A DNA stretch of 64,000 nucleotides from an uncultured Pseudomonadota bacterium (GCA_963836235.1 CAWIIP010000001.1:416001-480000), one strand, 5' to 3'. Counted from the stretch's first letter, positions 10,426 to 19,857 are shown. The notes: a model not told the origin generated them from the sequence alone. Made by a program: numbers and translations.

Positions 10426-11238
10426 CTATTCCAGCATTCCCTCCAAGTAACGAATTGCTTTACGGGCGCGGCGGAGCAACCTCCATTCTTTCCGCTCCAG
10501 GATTTCAAAGCCACCCTTCTTCCCTTCTGCGGTTATCCCGAGTCGTTCGAAGGATTTTTCCACTCCTTGCCAATCCCTCAACTGTCCCAGGGCATACTGG
10601 ACCTCGTTGGTGGCCTTGAGAAGTTTCTTCCTCTTAGGAGGATGCAGGAAGTCAAACAGTTCCAGGTCGTAACGGAGGCGTTTGGCTTGGATGCGCAGAT
10701 GATGCAAGACTTTTCGTTTGGGGCCCCCCTGGTCATAGTTCGAAATGGATTTTTGAACCCGTTCCATCTCCTTACAAAAAGAAGCCTCAACCTTTTTTTG
10801 CAATTTACTCCTTTTCATCTTTCTCTCAATCTCTTGAAACACCATGGCAATGTCCGAAAAAAACAGGTCGAAAGCCTTATTAACCAGGATGGCTTGGAAG
10901 GCTCCCTCCTTCTTCCTCCTTCGGGCGGACCCGCTGGTTGCCTGGCGTTTTTTGGAAAATCCCTCCGACCGCAATATTTTCGAGGACACATGTGACTCCC
11001 TCAGGGGCCCTGTCAAACCTTGCAAGTATTTTATTTGTTCGATTTCATGTTCGAAACGCCGTTTTTCCAAAAGATGCTTTTCCAAGCGCAGTACCGCTTC
11101 GATGCGTCTTAAGGAAGTCCTGAAATCGTGGAGGGTGCGTGGGTCAATCCGTTTTATCAGCTTTCGACGGCACACTTTTCGAGCGGCGCTAGCATCAATA
11201 GCCTCTTCAAATGCCCGCTCGCGATGGTCTACCGGCAT
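10426..11238 (-). CDS. CHAD domain protein; N-terminal ~14 aa resemble a type I HsdR start
   Basis: LHDFRTSLRR, LHHLRIQAKRLRY and LGQLRD CHAD motifs; start overlaps the hsdS stop (TGATG). Confidence 0.8.
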   Translation of the reverse strand: MPVDHRERAFEEAIDASAARKVCRRKLIKRIDPRTLHDFRTSLRRIEAVLRLEKHLLEKRRFEHEIEQIKYLQGLTGPLRESHVSSKILRSEGFSKKRQATSGSARRRKKEGAFQAILVNKAFDLFFSDIAMVFQEIERKMKRSKLQKKVEASFCKEMERVQKSISNYDQGGPKRKVLHHLRIQAKRLRYDLELFDFLHPPKRKKLLKATNEVQYALGQLRDWQGVEKSFERLGITAEGKKGGFEILERKEWRLLRRARKAIRYLEGMLE

Positions 11239-11753
11239 CAGGCCACCTCTTCGCGAAGATCGATTTTCCCTGTCATGGCTGCCGAAATTAACGTTTGGCG
11301 ATATTCTCTAAGTTTTTCAATTTGAGTTTTGATTTTTCCAGCGGGTTCATCAAGATGCTGATTTCCACCCCTTTCATTTTTGATGGCAAGCAAATCTATT
11401 CTCGTTGTTTTTTTATCCAAGAAAGAAACAATTTCTAATTGTTCTTTCGCCTCAGGAATATAAATTTCTAAATCTCCCAATTTATCGCCAGTTAAGTGTG
11501 CAATTGTCGCCCTATTACACAAAACTTCAAACCAACCAAACCAATCCATAGTTTCGAGTAAATATTTTAAAAACTTCAAAGAGTTCTTTTTTTTGCTTCG
11601 AATTCTGTGAAGAGCATTTTGAATTATGCATTTATTTGGAACATTTTTTAAAATGGAAGCTCGACCTACTTCTCCGCCCTCACAAACAAGCAAGTCCCCA
11701 TCTAAAACTTCAAATTTCTCTAGTTCGTTTTTATTTGTCCACATTTCAGGCAG

Positions 11754-13177
11754 GAAGTTGTCCCGCCGCCAGTTGAATTAGTGAAGTGACGGCCCCTGGT
11801 TTGCCTACCTTAGGCCACAGCCGTTTCTGCGTCAACGTCGTTCGCCGTGCACCTCCTCAAAGCCGCCTGCAAAATTGGAATTTCCCTGTATCCTCTGAGG
11901 CGTTTGAAAGCTCCTTCCGCACGCATCAGGCCCGCTGTCGCCCAACGCTGGCGCATGTCCCCACCCCTCCACCGCTTCACCCGCACCGTCACCTTACCCG
12001 CCACACTGAACGCCGACTCGATGGGGTTTGTCGTCACCAAGCTTTTCGCCAACAGGGCCGGTAGACCCAGCTTGGCCACCGTCAGGGTCTCTTCGAGGCC
12101 TTCTCTCAGGCTTGCGGCCGCGTCCTGGTTGATCCGGGTGAGCCAGGCGCCCAGAGTGTTGAGGCGCTTCTCGCCTTCACGCCAGTCCTTGCAGGCGTAA
12201 GCCTCCGCCATGCGGCTTCGGATTTCGTCGTGGTGCTTCTTTGCCACGTAGCCCAGCACGTTTCGGATCTTGTGCTGCTGGCAGCGCTGAATTTGGACAT
12301 TGGATCCACACAGCCGCTTCACCGCCGCCGCCAAAGCCTTGGACCCGTCCAGTACGAACAGCATGGGGGTTTCGAAGCTTAAGCCCCGATCTCTCAAGTC
12401 CGTCAACAGATCGGTGCAGACCTGGGCATTCTCCGTGGCCCCTTGGCGCAGACCCAAAATGACCTTCTCCCCGGCCCCTTTCCCGGCTTTCACCCCCAGG
12501 GCCACCACCAGCATCTCTCCCCCATAGGGCACCCCGTCGATGAACACTGCCACGAACTCTTGCCCCTCAAAACGTCTTTCTGCAAGGGTTTTCATCTGTT
12601 TGGCCGAGGCCTTCACGAAGCCACGGCTCACACTGGAGCGCTTCATCCCAAACCCTTTAGCCAAGGGCTCTAGGCACCCTTCGTACTCTCGGCAGGACAC
12701 CCCCCGCACCATGCGCCGAAGGGCGTTTTCAGGCATGGCTTCGGGGTTTTGGAGTTTCTGATAGGTCTGAAGAAGGACTTCACCGCCCTCTTTCATCCGC
12801 GCCCGGGGCTTCTGGAGGGGCACCTTGCGTCCGGCCAGTACAACCGTCCCACCCTGGCTTCCCCAACGGCTGGCCGATCGCCCCAGCTGGCGCTGGTGCA
12901 TCGGCCCGCACAGGTCTTGGATTTCCGCTTGTAGCAACTCCTGGGCCGCCAACAACCCCAACTGACAAGCCAGGCTGTTGAGCCCATCCTGAATCATCGC
13001 CAATCGCTCTTCCCGGCTTAACGGCAGTTGTCCAAAATTCTTGTCGCCTTTCGAGGTGTTACGGTGTAACTTTCTCATGGTGGTTTCCTCTCTTTTTTAA
13101 AAAAATTGGTCACCCAGACTTTACAGTCTGGGCAGAGGAGCCACCACCTTCTTTTCAACTACGAACGGGACAATTTC
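11754..13177 (-). mobile_element. IS256-family insertion sequence
   Basis: Terminal IRs GAAGTTGTCCCG..AGTTGAA / TTCAACT..CGGGACAATTTC (18/24 match); 8-bp TSD TCAGGCAG at 11746-11753 and 13178-13185. Confidence 0.93.
11810..13078 (-). CDS. IS256-family DDE transposase
   Basis: FIDG, VLDGSKAL, QRCQQHKIRN, TTNPIES. Confidence 0.95.
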   Translation of the reverse strand: MRKLHRNTSKGDKNFGQLPLSREERLAMIQDGLNSLACQLGLLAAQELLQAEIQDLCGPMHQRQLGRSASRWGSQGGTVVLAGRKVPLQKPRARMKEGGEVLLQTYQKLQNPEAMPENALRRMVRGVSCREYEGCLEPLAKGFGMKRSSVSRGFVKASAKQMKTLAERRFEGQEFVAVFIDGVPYGGEMLVVALGVKAGKGAGEKVILGLRQGATENAQVCTDLLTDLRDRGLSFETPMLFVLDGSKALAAAVKRLCGSNVQIQRCQQHKIRNVLGYVAKKHHDEIRSRMAEAYACKDWREGEKRLNTLGAWLTRINQDAAASLREGLEETLTVAKLGLPALLAKSLVTTNPIESAFSVAGKVTVRVKRWRGGDMRQRWATAGLMRAEGAFKRLRGYREIPILQAALRRCTANDVDAETAVA

Positions 13178-13411
13178 TCAGGCAGATCAGTCACGTCTAC
13201 CTTGTACCACAGAACATGAACGGCTTTTAAATAAGGTACGAGAATATCGCTTTCGTCCTTTCGTTCAGATTGGAGCATTTTTCCAAGTTGTATCGAATAT
13301 TCAAACTTGATCTTTGTTTTTTGCCAATGACTTGGAACCCGATCCACCCATTCAACGGACGAACTTTTATATTCGGGATAGGGTTTGTATCTGTCTTGAC
13401 TTGGATGGGTG

Positions 13412-14086
13412 TTATTTTCCAATTATTTTACTTTCAAATATTTCCAATTTAGTTAACCACTCATTAAAATGCAGGCATTCGCCCCTGATTCTGGCCAACC
13501 CGATTCTTTGAGTGACCAACGGTCCGTAAATCTTTTTTTGATATCCAGGGAAAATATCCGAAAGTCTTTTAGATGGAGCCGTTTGTGGGTTGTCGTTAAT
13601 GTCTTCGGGAGTCTCAAATTTTCCCTTTATCTCAGCCAGTTTTTTTTCTTTCCCCGTGTCCAACAGCGCCCCAGCCGTTTCACCGGGGTCCACAAAAAGC
13701 ATGGCTTCGAACTCATGGACCTCAAAATTAGGGATAAACCTTCCATCACCGATATCCTCCTTGAACTTTTGTTCCAGGAACTTTACCCGTTCGATACCGC
13801 GCTTTGAGGTTGAATGATAGCCTGGAAAATCGGAAGGGAGGCCGTAATAATCAATCATGGTGGTGACACAAACCACATCCGTGTCCTTCAAAAGATTCAT
13901 CAGGTCGTACCTGACTTTTCCATATGAAACAATGCCGCCCTTAAAATCCGGCCCCTTTTTCACCCGCTTCGTGGTGGCCAGTTTTGCGATTAGGAAAATC
14001 CCTTTCAGAGCAAAATAGGGGCCTAGTACGTCCCGGACGAAGGTTTCTTCCGTTTGCCCTTCAGCCAAGACCAGGATTCGGCTCAA
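13412..14086 (-). CDS. DUF4276-like TOPRIM-fold protein (putative nuclease effector)
   Basis: LAEGQTEETFV, TTMIDYYG, HEFEAMLF, PEDIND, APSKRL; TTG start overlaps the ATPase stop. Confidence 0.85.
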   Translation of the reverse strand: MSRILVLAEGQTEETFVRDVLGPYFALKGIFLIAKLATTKRVKKGPDFKGGIVSYGKVRYDLMNLLKDTDVVCVTTMIDYYGLPSDFPGYHSTSKRGIERVKFLEQKFKEDIGDGRFIPNFEVHEFEAMLFVDPGETAGALLDTGKEKKLAEIKGKFETPEDINDNPQTAPSKRLSDIFPGYQKKIYGPLVTQRIGLARIRGECLHFNEWLTKLEIFESKIIGK

Positions 14087-15171
14087 TGGGTTGGCCTTCC
14101 GCCCAGAATGTTTTTCTCCCATAGATCGCCCAATCCGTATTCCTCAAGCCAATCATCCATCTTGGCTTTCTCCAACTTGGAAAAGACCGATTGTCCTTCC
14201 TGCCGATCAACAACAACAATATCGGCTGGCTCAAACTGGTTGACAAGTCCAACGGACTGGGTAGATGCGATGATTTGTGTTTTAGTGGAAGTGCTTTTAA
14301 GAAGATCAGCGAGCAAAGCAACGGCGTAGGGATGAAGGCCAAGTTCGGGCTCATCTAGCAAAATGACGGATGGTAGTTCCGGTTGCAACAATAGTGTGGC
14401 CAGACAGATGAACCTTAAGGTACCGTCCGATAGGGTATGGGCGTTGAAATAGTCGTCCGAACCCTTTTGGTGCCATTCCAAAAGAATTTTTCCCTTATTC
14501 AACTTGGAGGGGCGCAAAAAGAAATCATCAAAGAATGGTGCCGCCAATCGCACGGTTTCAACGATATTTTTATAATTGCCTTTATGGCGTTCCTGTAGGA
14601 AGTAAAGGAAAGCCGCGAGGTTTGACGCATCGGGCCTGAAAACCTCGTTATCATCTATTTCTCCCGTTTGTTTCATCTTGGAGCTTTCGCTTGTGTCATG
14701 AAAGTGGTAGACACGCCAGCTTTCCATGTTTTTTAAAACATGATTGACGGTCGCTTTTTGCTTAGCCAAAGTATGTAGTTTTGTTTCCTTGTGCCCTTCA
14801 CCGAGGCCTTCCTCATATGGGCGTTTATACCCGGCACCTTGAAAATAGGCGGATTCTTCCAGGAAAATCAGCGAATCATCCGTTGAGGGGCCCAATTTGC
14901 AGGAATATCCATTCGGATTGAAATCACAATGTATAAAAATTTCATTGGTTATTTTGGAGCCGAAGTACAAGAACGTGTTCGCGCCGCCTGATTTACCGAC
15001 AAAAACCTGGAGGTTTTTTAGGACAATTTGGTTTAAAAGCTTAAAGAGAGAAATAAAATTTGACTTCCCTGCCCCGTTGGGACCAATGAGAACATTTAAG
15101 GGTCTTAGTTTCAAATCCATATCTTTTATGGATTTGAAACCTTGAACTTTAACGCTTTTAAGTGCGTGCAT
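14083..15171 (-). CDS. ABC/AAA_21-type ATPase (defence-associated)
   Basis: GFKSI, GPNGAGKSN, LSDGTLRF, LLDEPELGLHP, STQS. Confidence 0.92.
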   Translation of the reverse strand: MHALKSVKVQGFKSIKDMDLKLRPLNVLIGPNGAGKSNFISLFKLLNQIVLKNLQVFVGKSGGANTFLYFGSKITNEIFIHCDFNPNGYSCKLGPSTDDSLIFLEESAYFQGAGYKRPYEEGLGEGHKETKLHTLAKQKATVNHVLKNMESWRVYHFHDTSESSKMKQTGEIDDNEVFRPDASNLAAFLYFLQERHKGNYKNIVETVRLAAPFFDDFFLRPSKLNKGKILLEWHQKGSDDYFNAHTLSDGTLRFICLATLLLQPELPSVILLDEPELGLHPYAVALLADLLKSTSTKTQIIASTQSVGLVNQFEPADIVVVDRQEGQSVFSKLEKAKMDDWLEEYGLGDLWEKNILGGRPTH

Positions 15172-15247
15172 GATAATCTCCGGGATTCGATGCGTTTATT
15201 ATAACCCAGCTCTTTGGGTGCTTTAAACAAATCGGCTTTTGAAATTT

Positions 15248-15430
15248 TTATAATTCCTTTAATTCCTCAGCGATCTCGGCTTCCAACTGTTTAATCTCCG
15301 CCTCAATGACATCCAAGGGTCTTATGGTCTGATACTTGTAAAAATGCCGAGTGAAGGGAATTTCATAACCTATCTTGGTCTTACCATCGTCAATCCAGGC
15401 ATCCGGCACGTGTGGCAGAACTTCAGTTGC
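15248..15430 (-). pseudogene. hsdM: 3'-terminal remnant of a type I methyltransferase subunit (not in the ORF track)
   Basis: Manual translation EVLPHVPDAWIDDGKTKIGYEIPFTRHFYKYQTIRPLDVIEAEIKQLEAEIAEELKEL*, a typical HsdM C-terminus; no start codon, in-frame stop just upstream. Confidence 0.85.
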
Positions 15431-15484
15431 ACACTATCCTTTTTGCGACAGGCATGTGCAGGAGCCTGCAATTATTGGTGTTTT

Positions 15485-15820
15485 TCACCGTTCCGCCGAA
15501 TTCGGCGTGATTTGGATAAGTTCAAACGCAGTTTCAATGTCGACATCATCTTTCTTAGAACTAAGCGTACCACCGAAAACCGAATCTTCAAAGCACGACC
15601 GACAGAGCGTACTGATAAAAAACTTTTCGGTCTTCTTTGCGAAAGCCCCCTTGAATTTATTCTCGAGTTTTTCCCGTTCTTTTGAATACAATTTTCCGAT
15701 ATACATATTCCGGAAAACCGGCTTGAGACCATAATTCTTGCACCACAGAACCGCCTTGTCCCGATGCCGCCAGTCGCGCGTTTCCCACGATACTAGGGTG
15801 ATGGCATTGAAATTGTTCAT
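15485..15820 (-). CDS. cas2: Divergent CRISPR-associated Cas2
   Basis: ATGA overlap with cas1; Cas2-like size and pattern (LVSWE..RDK..CKNYGL..V..MYIG, C-terminal LCRSC); canonical YD replaced by WE. Confidence 0.75.
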   Translation of the reverse strand: MNNFNAITLVSWETRDWRHRDKAVLWCKNYGLKPVFRNMYIGKLYSKEREKLENKFKGAFAKKTEKFFISTLCRSCFEDSVFGGTLSSKKDDVDIETAFELIQITPNSAER

Positions 15821-16827
15821 GATATCGAAAAAAGTTTTTCCGCACGAAACGGGTTGTACTTGTCCTCCTTTTCGACAAAGTGACGTGCCAACGCCCTAAT
15901 CTGGTTATCTATGATCTGCTTAAGAGTATATTGTTTCCCCCGCCATGCCGTCGTTTCATTCAACCGCCTCATGATCGCCCCCACCACGACGCTTTTTCCC
16001 TCAGGCGATAACAGATATTGCCCAACCGCGGTTTTTTCAAAATATTTCCGTTGGCTCAGTTTCTTTTCTATGAAAAGCGGGAAAAGCACCGAGTCGACGA
16101 TTGGTACGCGGAATTCTTCGACAAGATCGAGAACGAGGGCAGGCTTACCATAGCGTTCACTGTGGTAGAGGCCGAGATATGGATCAAGACCGACGTAAAG
16201 GCATGCCCGTTCGACTTCATTGTAAAGGATGCCGTAACCATAATTCAGTACGCTGTTAAACTGGTCCCTGCCTTGTGGTTTTCGGCCCGGGAATCTATAG
16301 AATTTTTTTAACCCGCTGAAATATTTGTCCGCGATGTATCCTTCCGTACCAAGGAGTTGCTCCTTGCCTTTCTCCGAACACGGGACATTGTCCAAGACAT
16401 CAAAAAGGGTCTGCGCTTGTAAGAGCTCGGTCCCCACATCCTTTTTATATCGGTACGCGAGATATCGGAGTAGATCGAGCTGATTAGCGCATTTGCCCCG
16501 CACTAATTCTTTTGCGATTTTGAACGATCGCTCAAGCGAAGTTGACGCTTCCAGTTGCGCTTTACGAAGACTCGCCAACCCTTTTGGTTCGCTTGAAAAT
16601 AGTCTTCCGATGGGCTTGCCAAAAGAACCGAGATAGACGATATCAACATCGTGCTCAATCGCGAGCTGAACTGCGTGAGTCGTGAGCGAGGCCGGCCGCA
16701 GTATGACTATTTTCTCCAGTCTGTGGATTGGGTATTCTTTTTTCTCTTTAACTTTCGGAAAAGAAAGGACGATGCGCTCACCATTTACGCCGATCTTGGT
16801 ACCGTAAGTATCAATAAGCAAGTCCAT
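15817..16827 (-). CDS. cas1: CRISPR-associated endonuclease/integrase Cas1
   Basis: LLGTEG, DQFNSVLNYGYGIL, GLDPYLGLYH, LVLDLVEEFR; catalytic E/H/D present. Confidence 0.95.
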   Translation of the reverse strand: MDLLIDTYGTKIGVNGERIVLSFPKVKEKKEYPIHRLEKIVILRPASLTTHAVQLAIEHDVDIVYLGSFGKPIGRLFSSEPKGLASLRKAQLEASTSLERSFKIAKELVRGKCANQLDLLRYLAYRYKKDVGTELLQAQTLFDVLDNVPCSEKGKEQLLGTEGYIADKYFSGLKKFYRFPGRKPQGRDQFNSVLNYGYGILYNEVERACLYVGLDPYLGLYHSERYGKPALVLDLVEEFRVPIVDSVLFPLFIEKKLSQRKYFEKTAVGQYLLSPEGKSVVVGAIMRRLNETTAWRGKQYTLKQIIDNQIRALARHFVEKEDKYNPFRAEKLFSIS

Positions 16828-16901
16828 GTGATCTGCCCCCCAAATTTCGTAAACCATCTTTGTACGGAAGATGCCTGGCTACCATTATCCATCATTTTCG
16901 T

Positions 16902-16929
16902 TGTTCACGAAGGGTCCCCGCCGTGGACA
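16902..16929. repeat. 28-bp palindromic repeat, copy 1
   Basis: TGTTCACGAAGGGTCCCCGCCGTGGACA. Confidence 0.85.
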
Positions 16930-16968
16930 GTGTTTTCTACGCTTCTCCTTGTTCAAGACTCCTCCGGC

Positions 16969-19632
16969 CTACCGAACCCCGAATTTCCTAATAAACCAGG
17001 TTTTCACAAATTGGGTGAGCACGCAATAGCACAATAAGGTGAGGGCGATAAACCCAAAATAATGAAGGGGCAAGGGCATGAGGCCGACCTTGGAGGCTAA
17101 GGGTGAAAAAGGGAAATAAATGCCGACCGCCATGACGCATAGGGTCGTCAAAGCCAACGCCGGCGCTGCCCGGCTTTGGATGAAAGGAATCTTGTTGGTG
17201 CGGATCACGTGGACGATTAGGGTCTGGGTCAGAAGACCCTCCACGAACCAGCCGGATTGAAACAAGGACTGTCTTTCGGGGCTATTGGCCCCGAAGAAGA
17301 ACCACATCAAGGCGAAGGTGGTGTAGTCAAAGATGGAGCTGATGGGGCCAATGAAAAGCATGAAGCGGCCGATATCGGCGATTTCCCATTTGCGAGGCCG
17401 GGAAAGGTATTCCTCGTCCACCCGGTCCAAGGGGATGGCCGTCTGGGAAACGTCGTAAAGAAGGTTCTGAATAAGAATTTGCACCGGCAACATGGGAAGA
17501 AATGGCAGAAGAGCGCTGGCCCCCACCACGGAAAACATATTGCCGAAGTTGGAACTGGCCCCCATCTTGATGTATTTGATGATGTTGCCGAAGACCTTGC
17601 GACCCTCCAAAACCCCATCCGCCAACACTAGCAGGCTTTGTTCCAGCAAGATGATGTCGGCGGATTCTTTGGCGATGTCCACCGCGTTGTCCACGGAGAT
17701 TCCTACGTCCGATGCCCGCAGGGCAGGCGCGTCGTTGATGCCGTCCCCTAAATACCCGACCACATGGCCCTTCTGATGCATGGCTTTGATGACGCGTTCT
17801 TTTTGGGAAGGGGAAAGTTTGGCGAATACGTAACAGCCCTCCACGGCCTCGGCCAGTTCCCCGTCCCCCATGGCCTCAATTTGCCCGCCCAATAAAATCT
17901 TTTCCGCGTCAATGCCCACCTGGGAACAAACCATACGGGTCACCGTTTCATTGTCCCCGGTGAGGACCTTCACCGCCACGCCATGATCCTTCAAGAGGGC
18001 TACCGCTTCCTTGGTGGTTTCCTTCGGTGGGTCCAGGAAAGCCAGATAGCCGAGCAACACCAAGTTGCATTCGTCTTTCATCGAATAGGCAGGGTGATCG
18101 GTGGGCATTTCCTTATAGGCTACGGCAATGACTCTTAGGCCTTCCCCGTTCAAATTTTCGGGGATACCCTTCAGGCCCTTTCGCGTTACTTCGTCTAAGG
18201 GAGTAAGCACCCCGTCAATTTCCACTTGGTCACAGACGCTGAAAACTTCCTCAAGGGCTCCCTTGCAGATAAGAATGTCCCTTTTGCCTTCCTCCTCTAC
18301 GACCACCGACATGCGCCGACGTTGAAAATCGAAGGGGATTTCATCGACCTTCTTATAGTTGGCCTGGGGTTTCAAGGATTTTTCCAGATCCACAAAGGCA
18401 AGCACCGCCACGTCCAGGAGATTTTTCAAACCGGTTTGGTAAAAGCTGTTCAAGTAGGCATATTCGAGGGTTTTAGGGCTCTTGGAGCCGCGCGCGTCCG
18501 CGACTTTCAACAGGGCCACCTTGTTCTGGGTCAGGGTCCCGGTCTTATCCGTGCAAAGGACGTCCATGGCCCCAAAGTTCTGGATGGAATTCAGGCGCTT
18601 CACGATGACCTTCTTGCGGGACATCATCATGGCCCCCTTGGACAGGTTGACGGTCACGATCATGGGGAGCATCTCGGGCGTCAACCCCACGGCCACTGCC
18701 ACAGCGAACATGAAAGCCTCGAACCAATTGTGTTTTTCAATACCGTTGATCACAAAGACCAGTGGCACCATTACCAGCATGAAACGCAACATGAGGGTCG
18801 TGAATCGGTTTACTCCCGTTTCAAAGCTGGTAAGGACACGACGGCCCACCACGGATTTCGCCAAAGTGCCCAGATAGGTTTCGGCGCCGGTGCGGAGTAC
18901 TAAAGCTGTGGCAGTACCGCTCAAGATGTTGCTCCCCATGAAACAAAGGGTCGGCCATTCCAGGGGGGTGGCAGGAGAGGCTTCCAGGGGTGCCGCCGTC
19001 TTTTCCACCGGCAGGGATTCCCCCGTGAGGGCGGCCTGGCTGACAAAGAGGTCCTTGCAGGAGAGAAACCGCAGGTCGGCGGGAACCATGTCACCAGCGG
19101 CTAGGTGGAGAACATCGCCCGGTACTAAATTCTCGATGGGTTCCTCCAAGTTTTGAATCGGCTCGTCCCCACGACGGCGCAGGACCGTGGCCCTATTGGT
19201 CACCATGGCCTTGAGTTTTTCGGCGGCCTGGCTGGAACGGTATTCCTGGTAAAAGCCGAGAGTCACGCTGATGAAGGCCATCGCGGCGATCACGATTCCC
19301 CCCGCGAAGTCGTGTGTGAGGAAGGAAATGAGGGAAAGGACTCCCAAGAGTAGTGTGAAGGGAGTGCGGAAGTTACGGAACAGCTGTAGGTACCAGGGGT
19401 CGGGTTTTTCATGCACCACTAGGTTGGGTCCGTGAAGCTCAAGACGATGGCGGACTTGGCTTTCGGTGAGGCCCTCGGGCGAACTGTGCAGTTGCTTGAG
19501 TAACGCGGGAATATCAGCCTTTCCCATTTCCAAAAGAGAGGCGAGGGAAAGGGCCGCTTGGGCCTTCGCAGTTTCGCCTTTGAGCCTTTCCGGTTGCAAC
19601 AATCGGTAGAAATGGTTTTTTAATAAGGGCAT
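16969..19632 (-). CDS. mgtA: Magnesium-translocating P-type ATPase
   Basis: LTGES, GLTPEMLP, DKTGTLT, PFDFQRRRMS, GDGIND, SSNFGNMFS. Confidence 0.95.
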   Translation of the reverse strand: MPLLKNHFYRLLQPERLKGETAKAQAALSLASLLEMGKADIPALLKQLHSSPEGLTESQVRHRLELHGPNLVVHEKPDPWYLQLFRNFRTPFTLLLGVLSLISFLTHDFAGGIVIAAMAFISVTLGFYQEYRSSQAAEKLKAMVTNRATVLRRRGDEPIQNLEEPIENLVPGDVLHLAAGDMVPADLRFLSCKDLFVSQAALTGESLPVEKTAAPLEASPATPLEWPTLCFMGSNILSGTATALVLRTGAETYLGTLAKSVVGRRVLTSFETGVNRFTTLMLRFMLVMVPLVFVINGIEKHNWFEAFMFAVAVAVGLTPEMLPMIVTVNLSKGAMMMSRKKVIVKRLNSIQNFGAMDVLCTDKTGTLTQNKVALLKVADARGSKSPKTLEYAYLNSFYQTGLKNLLDVAVLAFVDLEKSLKPQANYKKVDEIPFDFQRRRMSVVVEEEGKRDILICKGALEEVFSVCDQVEIDGVLTPLDEVTRKGLKGIPENLNGEGLRVIAVAYKEMPTDHPAYSMKDECNLVLLGYLAFLDPPKETTKEAVALLKDHGVAVKVLTGDNETVTRMVCSQVGIDAEKILLGGQIEAMGDGELAEAVEGCYVFAKLSPSQKERVIKAMHQKGHVVGYLGDGINDAPALRASDVGISVDNAVDIAKESADIILLEQSLLVLADGVLEGRKVFGNIIKYIKMGASSNFGNMFSVVGASALLPFLPMLPVQILIQNLLYDVSQTAIPLDRVDEEYLSRPRKWEIADIGRFMLFIGPISSIFDYTTFALMWFFFGANSPERQSLFQSGWFVEGLLTQTLIVHVIRTNKIPFIQSRAAPALALTTLCVMAVGIYFPFSPLASKVGLMPLPLHYFGFIALTLLCYCVLTQFVKTWFIRKFGVR

Positions 19633-19857
19633 GGATTAAACTCGCTTTCCAAAACGTCCTCAACACTGACCAATTCTACTCCCCCTTCTGGCCGCACCGA
19701 AAACTCATTACCTTTCGAAATTGGGGCGACGTCAAGTCTACGCAATCAGGAAAGTAACGGCCGTTTCCCGATCTGCTTCTAAATATGAATATGGGTGTGG
19801 CTAAGGCCGTCGGGGACGTTGTGGGCGAAGCGGCGAGGAAGGCTTTGGGTCTTTAGA

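Larger units (their letters stand above)
11238..13422 (-). pseudogene. hsdS: Type I restriction specificity subunit interrupted by IS256 (fragments 13178-13422 and 11238-11745)
   Basis: YKPYPEYKSSSVEWVDRVPSHW N-terminus; GDLLVCEGGEVGR; QTLISAAMTGKIDLR C-terminus; removing the IS restores the frame (VTDLPE-MWTNK), 250 aa. Confidence 0.9.

Noticed and set aside
15431-15484. Canonical CRISPR array or leader downstream of cas2 (GTCGCA...CAACTGAAG looks vaguely repeat-like)
   Set aside because: Single occurrence, overlaps the hsdM remnant, no spacers; no regularly spaced short-spacer array seen anywhere in the window.
15485-16827. Casposon
   Set aside because: No family B polymerase or terminal inverted repeats, and Cas1 is paired with Cas2.
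16882-16899. TATCCATCAT shared with about 20679-20688 near repeat copies
   Set aside because: Only 10 bp and on opposite sides of the repeats; cannot be distinguished from chance.
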